From: Candidatus Brocadia sapporoensis
GTDB lineage: Bacteria > Planctomycetota > Brocadiia > Brocadiales > Brocadiaceae
Reading direction: 5' to 3'
Assembly: GCF_001753675.2 (NCBI RefSeq)
Contig: NZ_MJUW02000072.1
Coordinates: 1-32,000 of the forward strand
Length of the DNA stretch: 32,000 bases
Shown: piece after piece, positions 1 to 7,719 of the stretch
How positions within the stretch are numbered: the first letter of the stretch is position 1
Layout: every line of letters starts with the position of its first letter
The notes under the pieces: model-generated
What the model was told of the DNA's origin: nothing
The model's database searches: none
Seen by the model: only the letters and a program-made list of their open reading frames with translations
Program-made: the position numbers and the translations under genes

Positions 1-67
1 CCTAACTATTCTGAGAAAATATTCTCTCTCACCATCCGTTTCGCTGAATAGTTACAAATTTTTTTAA

Positions 68-1276
68 TTAAAATGCAGCCGATAACCCTAAGTAAAAAGT
101 ATTCCTTGTGTAGCCATTAAAGCTGTTATTATAATCGCTGTCTGTATAAGAATATGTAAAATTACCGAACAAGTTCTTATAAATGTCATATGTAAAAGTG
201 GAAGTTACGCCCTTAAGTGTTTGCTCGGTTCCTGCGGTAACATATTTACCTACACCATAAAAAATTGATAAATTGTAATTAAGCCTTTCAGAAATTTGTC
301 TCGATAAAGAAGCGGAAGTATTCCACTGATCGAAAAGATCAGCGATGTAAGGAGTCACTCCGTAATGCTTGTAAAATGAAACACCCATGCGTGTATTGGC
401 ATCTTTTTCATATCCAATTGAAGCACTGAAAAGTGGTTTGGTAAGTTCTTCATCATTGAATGATCTTATGAAATCAACCCCACCGCTCATGCTAACACTG
501 ATTTTCTTAGTAATGTTTTTTGTTACATTAGCTGCGATTTCATGCTGTAAGGCGTCCCTGTTATTGTCAAACTGCACATCGAAATAATCATATGATAATG
601 AAAAAGATGTAAATGGTGTAAGTATATAATTCATCACAATTCCGGGTTTGTTTGAAAAAGAACCAGGTATGTTTATACCAGAATAATAATCCATAGTATT
701 CGCATATCTTATGCTTGCAGAAAGTTGTTTATTGATATCTCTTGAATAATTGAAATTTAATCTGTTCTTAAAATATTCCCATCTGCCGTTCGGTCTTCCA
801 AATTGATCAGAATTGAAATTTGTATCAGAAAACAAGGGTGCTTCACGATGACTAAAAACATTTGAAATGCTTACACGGTCATACGCAGAAAACTCATTGG
901 TAAAACCAAAATTTAGATCTTCAGAAACATTGTCATAAACACTATTTTCTGCATAAGTATGATTTATTATTAAACTGGTTAGTGATAAAGACCTTCTTTT
1001 GCCAGTATAATTCATACCAACCGTGAAGCCTACATCCGTTATAAAATCGTTTATTTTGTTTTTTTTAGAAAAAGCGACATTGTCATCAAAGGTCTCACCA
1101 ACCCGTAAGCTTTTGATCCCAATATCAAATCCTTTATATTTATAAGAAAGATAATCAGAAAGGTCTAAAATGGTGGGCACTACTCCGGCGTCAGAAGAGT
1201 AAATTTTTGAAATATCAGCTGAAAAAACAATCCCTAGGAATACGAATATTGCAATGTTTTTTATCAGTTTATTCAC
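68..1276 (-). CDS. putative outer-membrane beta-barrel protein, family not recognised
   Basis: 402-aa ORF. The N-terminal hydrophobic segment MNKLIKNIAIFVFLGIVFSADI looks like a signal peptide. The sequence is rich in Tyr/Asn/Ser/Gly throughout. The C-terminus ...TFYLGLSAAF ends in Phe, like the beta-signal of Gram-negative OMPs. Confidence 0.55.
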   Translation of the reverse strand: MNKLIKNIAIFVFLGIVFSADISKIYSSDAGVVPTILDLSDYLSYKYKGFDIGIKSLRVGETFDDNVAFSKKNKINDFITDVGFTVGMNYTGKRRSLSLTSLIINHTYAENSVYDNVSEDLNFGFTNEFSAYDRVSISNVFSHREAPLFSDTNFNSDQFGRPNGRWEYFKNRLNFNYSRDINKQLSASIRYANTMDYYSGINIPGSFSNKPGIVMNYILTPFTSFSLSYDYFDVQFDNNRDALQHEIAANVTKNITKKISVSMSGGVDFIRSFNDEELTKPLFSASIGYEKDANTRMGVSFYKHYGVTPYIADLFDQWNTSASLSRQISERLNYNLSIFYGVGKYVTAGTEQTLKGVTSTFTYDIYKNLFGNFTYSYTDSDYNNSFNGYTRNTFYLGLSAAF

Positions 1277-1739
1277 ATTAATATCGCACAGGTACTTAAA
1301 TTAGGATAAACTTGTTTGCCTTAGCTTTTTCACATTATATAAAGAGAAATGAGAATTGCAATTGAAAATAAAAATTCTTAATTCGATTAATAAGTCTAGA
1401 ATAGTTTTCTCTCGAATTAGACACGAAAAGCTATGAAAACGGCATAATCTCTTAAATTTTAAGATGCAGATCAGCGCAGAATTAGTAGTAAGTTTGTATG
1501 AAATTGATAATATTTCTTGATTGACTTATAAGCGTTTTTATATAAAATAGTAAGTTTTATGGAAAAGACAAAGAGTAATAGAGTTTTTTGAGATAACCAA
1601 AATGTGGTATAAGATGGCCTTGCTGCCGAAGATTTAAACTATTTCTTCAGTGAGGCTTTTTTGTTTTCAATTTTTTTAAATAGCTGATGTGATAATCAAG
1701 TTTTAGTTTTCCATCGCCACTAACTGAAAAGGGATAAAG

Positions 1740-1949
1740 ATGAGGAAAAAATTAGTCACAATATGCGGATGTTTGTGTGTCGTAGCCATAACAATCATAA
1801 CAATTGTCGGTCGTGCGGATGCCAAAACAGGTGGAGAAAAAGGAGGAAAGCCTTTTAATCATAGACCAAAACCTGTGGATTGTATTCTTTTTGTTGTTGG
1901 GGGGGGTACGTTATTTTCAGTAAGATATCTAAGAAACATGGTGAAATAA
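1740..1949 (+). CDS. small hypothetical protein with an N-terminal hydrophobic segment
   Basis: 69-aa ORF. MRKKLVTICGCLCVVAITIITIVGRADA resembles a signal or anchor segment. The SD is weak (aaaggg). The ORF contains a G8 homopolymer. No family recognised. Confidence 0.3.
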   Translation: MRKKLVTICGCLCVVAITIITIVGRADAKTGGEKGGKPFNHRPKPVDCILFVVGGGTLFSVRYLRNMVK

Positions 1950-2085
1950 ACGAATTCAGATGACTGGTATAACAACACAAAAAATCAGCTTCATGCAAGT
2001 ATGCTTCATTGAATAGTTCATAGATTTTGATATATTATTATGACATTTTTAGCTTGATATTTTTTGTTAGTAATGAGGGGGAACA

Positions 2086-2691
2086 ATGTCAACAATTTTA
2101 AAAGAAGATGTTTTGCTTGGGAAAAACAGAGAGATTTCAACCAAGGAAAAAGTAGATAAAATAATGAATACCATCGTTGAGTCATCGGGAATGTTAGAAA
2201 TTACAAAGACAGAGAATGTGGGAAACAATATATCACCAGGATTGAGGAAGCCAAAAAATGATGAGGCACAGCAATATATATTTAGTGGTGAAATAGTGCT
2301 TGAAGGCGAGAGAAGTTCCGACCTTGATGAAATGAGAAATCGGCTTACTAAAGAACTGAAACCCTCAGATGAAATAGAGCGAATTCTTGTGGATCGCATT
2401 ATTTCGAGCGTTTGGCGATTGAAACGATGTCTAAAAATCGAAAGTCAGATATTAGAACACAATACGTCTTGTATTCAGGAGTACGAACAGGGATTTCTTC
2501 GGACGCGAAAGAGAACAAACAAGGAGATCTCACAATTAAAGGCATTAAAAATGATAGAAGATAAAAATGTGGAATTATCTAAATATGAAACCATGTTGGA
2601 GATTCAATTCTATAAGGCATTACGAGAGTTGGATAAATATAGGAGACGGGGGTTGCGGCAAGAAAAGAAGTTGCTAAGAGTAGCGAAGTAA
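2086..2691 (+). CDS. hypothetical protein, charged and probably helical
   Basis: 201-aa ORF with a GAGGGGG SD-like motif about 5 nt upstream of the ATG. The C-terminal half is Lys/Arg/Glu-rich and contains ...ILVDRIISSVWRLKRCLKIESQILE... No characterised family recognised. Confidence 0.55.
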   Translation: MSTILKEDVLLGKNREISTKEKVDKIMNTIVESSGMLEITKTENVGNNISPGLRKPKNDEAQQYIFSGEIVLEGERSSDLDEMRNRLTKELKPSDEIERILVDRIISSVWRLKRCLKIESQILEHNTSCIQEYEQGFLRTRKRTNKEISQLKALKMIEDKNVELSKYETMLEIQFYKALRELDKYRRRGLRQEKKLLRVAK

Positions 2692-2819
2692 GATCGAAAG
2701 GGAAACTTATTCATTGTAACATAATATATATTATCGGACGTTGCTGATTTGTTTTGTTTTTTAAGTCTGTCGTTTGTAATTTTTAATGAGTTTTACGACT
2801 TTCATTCGTGAGAATATTA

Positions 2820-2848
2820 TTGACATTATAAATTATGTCTGCTACCAT
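2820..2848 (+). promoter_or_regulatory. candidate sigma70-type promoter for the ACP-led operon
   Basis: TTGACA (2820-2825), a 17-nt spacer, then TACCAT (2843-2848). It lies in the 230-nt AT-rich spacer upstream of the ACP gene. The -10 matches the consensus at only 4 of 6 positions. Confidence 0.35.
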
Positions 2849-2924
2849 GTTTCGCTACACTCGAGTAAAAACGTACCGATATTGTCTTTCGTGTCAATGC
2901 CGTTTATCATGAAGGAGGATAATT

Positions 2925-3194
2925 TTGAACGCTGAAGAAATTGAAAAAGGTGTGACTGCAATAGTTGCAGAGGTTACAGAATTAGATGAAAAAGAAATTT
3001 GGGATAAAAGAGATGCAAATTTTTTTAAAGATCTTGAAATAGATTCCCTTTTGGCCCTTGAAATCCTGGCACTTATTGAGAAGAAATTTAAGGTGCAAAT
3101 TCCTGAAGAAAAATTGGTGGACATTACTTCTTTAAGCGCCACAATCGATCTAACAAAATCTGTTCTGACAGAAAGTGGGAAACTTTCATCATAA
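2925..3194 (+). CDS. acyl carrier protein (dedicated, cluster-associated)
   Basis: 89 aa. TTG start, with AGGAGG (2913-2918) 6 nt upstream. The phosphopantetheine attachment motif is DLEIDSLLALEILALIEKKF, with the Ser codon at 3045-3047. Confidence 0.85.
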   Translation: MNAEEIEKGVTAIVAEVTELDEKEIWDKRDANFFKDLEIDSLLALEILALIEKKFKVQIPEEKLVDITSLSATIDLTKSVLTESGKLSS

Positions 3195-3266
3195 ATTAGT
3201 CAATGAGAAGTATTACATTAATACCGAGCATGTCTTTATGGTTGACAAAAAGAAGGATTCTGAAAA

Positions 3267-3722
3267 ATGATTTTTTTTGAGGAAATACGGTCTCTTCTTC
3301 CTCAGAAATATCCTTTTTTATTTATTGATAAAGCTATTGAATTTGAAGAAGGGAAAAGAATTGTTTGTGTAAAAAACGTCTCCGGCAATGAACCAGTCTT
3401 TGTTGGACATTTCCCCGACTTTGCCATTATGCCTGGGGTATTAATTATTGAGGCGATGGCGCAGGCATCCATTATCCTATTCAAGAAAAGTCTCTCCGCT
3501 CAAAACACCAAGGACTCGGTCTTTTTATTAGCTTCAGTGAATAATGCCAGGTTCACAAAACCCATTTTTCCCGGCGATCAGCTTTTGATAGAGATTCTTA
3601 TAGAAAAGATTGTATCCAAGGGGGCCATTATTCAGGCATCAGTAAAGGTTGGAGAAAAAACCGTTGCTAAGGCAAATTTGACCTTTGGAATTGCAGAAAA
3701 AAGCGCTTTAATATCTGGTTAA
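3267..3722 (+). CDS. fabZ: 3-hydroxyacyl-ACP dehydratase, FabZ family
   Basis: 151 aa. Canonical motifs are LPQKYPFLFIDK and VGHFPDFAIMPGVLIIEAMAQ (catalytic His and Glu context). Confidence 0.9.
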   Translation: MIFFEEIRSLLPQKYPFLFIDKAIEFEEGKRIVCVKNVSGNEPVFVGHFPDFAIMPGVLIIEAMAQASIILFKKSLSAQNTKDSVFLLASVNNARFTKPIFPGDQLLIEILIEKIVSKGAIIQASVKVGEKTVAKANLTFGIAEKSALISG

Positions 3723-3731
3723 TATATATTT

Positions 3732-4958
3732 ATGAATAAACAGGTAGTTATAACAGGTGTAGGAATGATTACTCCTATCGGGTCAGGAAAGGAAAGATTT
3801 TGGAGTAGCCTCATTGCGGGAGTATCAGGTGTAGATGACGTGACGTGTATTGACACTTCCGGATATAAGGTTCACAAAGGATGTGAAGTGAAAAACTTCA
3901 GGTATTCTGACTATATTAAAAATGGTGTTCTGAAGAAAATCGGAAAGGGTTCACAATTTGCGATTGCAGCCACACGGCTTGCATTGGATGATGCCAGGCT
4001 TGATTTAAGTAAAGTAGCTCTGGAAAGGATTGGGGTGTCTGTAGGAACTACGGCAGGAGAAATACAGATCCTGGAGAAAGTCAATTATATCAGACACAAA
4101 GATGGAGAAGACAAGGTAGACCCCGATCTCTTTTTGATGCATCCCTGCAATAATATTCCAGCAAATGTTGCAATTGAGTTCGGTTTTAAAGGCCCAAATA
4201 CGATTATACCAACTGCCTGCGCAGCCGGCAATTATGCAATTGGGTATGCTTATGATTTGATTAAATTTGGCAGGGTGGACATGATGGTCGCCGGAGGTTC
4301 CGACCCTTTTTCAAAAGTTGCTTATACAGGATTTGCAAGATTGGGCGCTATTGCTCCTGAGATATGCCAGCCATTTGATAAAAATCGGAAAGGTATGATG
4401 GTTGGTGAAGGCTCTGGCATGCTTCTTTTAGAGTCGCTCGATCATGCCGTGAAGAGAAATGCCAATGTTTATGCGGAAATTATTGGTTATGGCCTTAGTT
4501 GTGACGCATATCACATCACTATCCCTCATCCCGATGGAGAAGGTGTTGTTTCTGCTATGAAAAAAGCCTTAAAAAGCGCACACCTTCAACCGGAAGATGT
4601 CCAATATGTCAGCGCACATGGAACAGGAACTCCCGCTAACGATAAAGCAGAAACGATCTCTATTAAAAAGGTCTTTGGAAATAGACCTGAGCATCTCGCA
4701 ATTAGTTCGATAAAATCGATGATTGGTCACACGATGGGTGCGGCCAGTGCCATAGAAGCTATTACATGTGCCTTGGTCGTTCAAAATGACATCATACCTC
4801 CTACAATCAATTATGAAACGCCCGATCCGGAATGTGATTTGGATTATGTGCCTAATATAGCAAGAAAGCAAAAGGTCGCTATCGCGCTGAATAATGCCCA
4901 TGCATTTGGTGGTAACAACAGTTGTTTGGTGGTAAAAAAATTTACGGGTAAGACCTGA
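3732..4958 (+). CDS. fabF: beta-ketoacyl-ACP synthase II-type condensing enzyme (catalytically intact)
   Basis: 408 aa. The Cys-His-His triad contexts are present: [39 protein letters not shown]. The start is 9 nt after the fabZ stop. Confidence 0.92.
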   Translation: MNKQVVITGVGMITPIGSGKERFWSSLIAGVSGVDDVTCIDTSGYKVHKGCEVKNFRYSDYIKNGVLKKIGKGSQFAIAATRLALDDARLDLSKVALERIGVSVGTTAGEIQILEKVNYIRHKDGEDKVDPDLFLMHPCNNIPANVAIEFGFKGPNTIIPTACAAGNYAIGYAYDLIKFGRVDMMVAGGSDPFSKVAYTGFARLGAIAPEICQPFDKNRKGMMVGEGSGMLLLESLDHAVKRNANVYAEIIGYGLSCDAYHITIPHPDGEGVVSAMKKALKSAHLQPEDVQYVSAHGTGTPANDKAETISIKKVFGNRPEHLAISSIKSMIGHTMGAASAIEAITCALVVQNDIIPPTINYETPDPECDLDYVPNIARKQKVAIALNNAHAFGGNNSCLVVKKFTGKT

Positions 4959-5009
4959 AATTAGACAGATCTCAGGAACTGTATACGTATCGATAAACAG
5001 AGGTTTGTG

Positions 5010-6251
5010 ATGGAAAAAACTAGGATTGTTGTGACTGGTGTTTCTGTAATCTCACCGGTCGGAAGTAATAAAGAGGTTTTCTGGAAGAATTTAACCAATG
5101 GTGTATCGGGTATTAAACCGGTCACCTTGTTTGATGTAAGTAAATTTAAGAGTAAGCTGGCCGGTGAAATTTCTAATTTTGATGCAAAATCATACTTGGG
5201 GCAAAAAGGAATACGGCATATCGACAGAACATCCCTTCTTGTGTCATCTGCGACCATTCTTGCCATAAAAGACGCTAATTTAGAAAATAATACCTATGGT
5301 GGAGATGAATTAGGAATTGTCGTTGGCTCAACCTATGGAAGCATTGACAGCATTAGTTCTTTCGATTTTCAATCTTTACGTGAAGGTCCCAATTATGTCA
5401 ATCCTATGGATTTTCCCAATACGGTATTGAATGCACCTGCTAGCCGTGCCTCAATCTTTTGTAAAGCCACGGGATTAAACACTACTATTTCAAACGGTAT
5501 AACAAGCAGTATCGATGCAATCATCTACGCCTCCGATTTTCTTCGGATGGGCAGGGTAAAGGCTGTAATCGCCGGAGGTGTGCATGGATTAACACATGAC
5601 ATCTTTTGGGGAGCACACAATTCACAGATATTATCAGGGAGTAAGGGAGACGGTCTAGAAATTTCTGCACCCTTCGACAAAAGACGCAACGGAATGATCA
5701 TAGGAGAAGCCTCTGCCTTGGTTATCTTGGAGACTTTAGAAGATGCATTAAAACGAAACGCGTCTATTTATGCTGAAATAAAGGGTTATGGAACTGCATT
5801 TGACCCAAAGATGGCTATTAGTAAGGATCATCAGGTAGATGGCAACAAAAGAGCCATGGTGAATGCCATCCACGATGCAAATCTGACGTTAAATGATGTT
5901 TCTTACATATCAGCAAACGCTTATTCTGGTATTTACGGTGATGCAATGGAAACCAAGGTTATTAAAGACGTTTTTGGTATGCGCGCTAATCTTATTCCTG
6001 TAAGTGCTATTAAATCAATGACAGGCGAATGCTATGACGCCTCTGGAGCATTGCAAGCGATCGCTGCTATAATGTCTATCAGCACAAACACAGTGCCACC
6101 AACAATTAACTATGAGGAACGGGATCCCGACTGTGATTTAGATTATGTCGCTAACACCTCAAGGGTCTTACCAGTCAAAAATGTCCTTATTAACACCTTC
6201 TCACGACTAGGAAACAACTCGTCCTTAATTATCTCCAAATATAAACCGTAA
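5010..6251 (+). CDS. KS-like protein lacking the catalytic triad (chain-length-factor-like partner)
   Basis: Full-length KS fold that aligns with the upstream KS. The triad positions are replaced: Cys to Ile (SNGITSS, codon 5499-5501), His to Asn (SANAYSG), His to Glu (TGECYDAS). I prefer the ATG at 5010 because GAGG lies 6 nt upstream. The track starts at GTG 5007. Confidence 0.85.
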   Translation: MEKTRIVVTGVSVISPVGSNKEVFWKNLTNGVSGIKPVTLFDVSKFKSKLAGEISNFDAKSYLGQKGIRHIDRTSLLVSSATILAIKDANLENNTYGGDELGIVVGSTYGSIDSISSFDFQSLREGPNYVNPMDFPNTVLNAPASRASIFCKATGLNTTISNGITSSIDAIIYASDFLRMGRVKAVIAGGVHGLTHDIFWGAHNSQILSGSKGDGLEISAPFDKRRNGMIIGEASALVILETLEDALKRNASIYAEIKGYGTAFDPKMAISKDHQVDGNKRAMVNAIHDANLTLNDVSYISANAYSGIYGDAMETKVIKDVFGMRANLIPVSAIKSMTGECYDASGALQAIAAIMSISTNTVPPTINYEERDPDCDLDYVANTSRVLPVKNVLINTFSRLGNNSSLIISKYKP

Positions 6252-6254
6252 TTC

Positions 6255-7715
6255 ATGACACCTTCCAGCAAATGCATTCAATCCACGAAAAAGGATGCAT
6301 TGTATCCTTATTATGATGTAATAATAATCGGTGCGGGTATAGCTGGCTTGGTTTGCGGTACATTTCTCGCCAGAAGCGGAAAAAAAGTAATTATCATTGA
6401 ACAACATTCTATCCCCGGTGGATACTGCACATCCTTTAAAAGAAAGGGTTTCAATTTTGATGCGGCAGTTCATCATATTGGCGGTTGTGGAAAATGGGGT
6501 ATTGTAGGGCGTTGTCTTAAAACGTTAGGTATTGAGATGGATTTTTATCCACTCGACCCAATGGACCATTTGATTTTTCCTCAATTTACCATAGAAATTC
6601 CAGCTGATTTAGATGAATATATCGCACGCTTACAAGATCGCTACCCATCATCAAAAGACAACGTCAAGCATTTCTTTCAGGATTTTCTCAAGCTCTATCG
6701 TGCAACATTTAATAACGAAAAAAGCCAAATTATCAACAAATACAAAAGCCAGACATATGCAGAAATGCTCAATACATTTTTTTATAATGATGAGCTCAAG
6801 ATGGTACTTTCCGGTCAATGGGGTTACGTAGGTCTCCCCCCTACCAAGGCTTCTGCTATCGGTATGTGTCAAATGATGATCAACTACCTCAAAGACGGTG
6901 CCTTTTTCCCTGCAGGCGGTACACAAGAATTTGCGAATGCATTTATAAAGAAATTTATTGATTTTGGCGGACATGTTATGCTATCATCCAAGGCCGAAAA
7001 AATTTTGTGTACCGGCAAAACTGCTGTTGGCATTGCGTTGCAAGAAGGGAAAGAACTATTATCAAATCTGGTCGTTTCAAACATCGATGCAAAACAAACT
7101 TTTTTTGATTTGCTTGAAGGAAAATTAGATACACGGTTCCTACAAAGAATTGAGAAAATGAAAGAAAGTTGTTCCTTTTCTCTTCTGTACTTGGGCATCG
7201 GTAAAGGCTTAGATCTAGGCAAATTACAAAGAGGGTTTTATCATAGTGCCACAGACGCGACATATAGTGATCCAGAGTGGTTATACGTTTCGATTCCAAC
7301 AAAGATATGCCCAACACTTGCCCCGCCGCATAAACAGATAATCTCTGTGGTGGTTTATCATGAAAAAAAGAAATATAACGATATTACGAATTGGAAATCT
7401 TTTAAGGAAACCATGATAGAAGACACAATAAGTCGGATAGAAAAATACGTTCCTGATATAAAGAGATATATAGAAGTACTAGAAGCGGCTACCCCAAGAA
7501 CTTTGAAGCGGTATACGTTAAATACTGATGGGGCTGCTTATGGGTGGGAGGTTAGTGTAGATCAAATAGGGGATAACATGCTTTCCCATGAGACACCGAT
7601 AGAAAATCTGTATTTAACCGGCCATTGGACAAGGCCTGGCCCTGGAATTTGTGCAGTTGTGTCTTCTGGATGGGGTGTAGCAAACTTAATCATGGAGAAG
7701 GAGAAACGGAGGTAA
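6255..7715 (+). CDS. FAD-dependent oxidoreductase, phytoene desaturase (CrtI)-like family
   Basis: 486 aa. N-terminal dinucleotide fold DVIIIGAGIAGLVCGTFLARSGKKVIIIEQHSIPGG. C-terminal LYLTGHWTRPGPGICAVVSSG is typical of CrtI/amine-oxidase-type flavoenzymes. The start is 3 nt after the upstream stop. Confidence 0.85.
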   Translation: MTPSSKCIQSTKKDALYPYYDVIIIGAGIAGLVCGTFLARSGKKVIIIEQHSIPGGYCTSFKRKGFNFDAAVHHIGGCGKWGIVGRCLKTLGIEMDFYPLDPMDHLIFPQFTIEIPADLDEYIARLQDRYPSSKDNVKHFFQDFLKLYRATFNNEKSQIINKYKSQTYAEMLNTFFYNDELKMVLSGQWGYVGLPPTKASAIGMCQMMINYLKDGAFFPAGGTQEFANAFIKKFIDFGGHVMLSSKAEKILCTGKTAVGIALQEGKELLSNLVVSNIDAKQTFFDLLEGKLDTRFLQRIEKMKESCSFSLLYLGIGKGLDLGKLQRGFYHSATDATYSDPEWLYVSIPTKICPTLAPPHKQIISVVVYHEKKKYNDITNWKSFKETMIEDTISRIEKYVPDIKRYIEVLEAATPRTLKRYTLNTDGAAYGWEVSVDQIGDNMLSHETPIENLYLTGHWTRPGPGICAVVSSGWGVANLIMEKEKRR

Positions 7716-7719
7716 CTTT

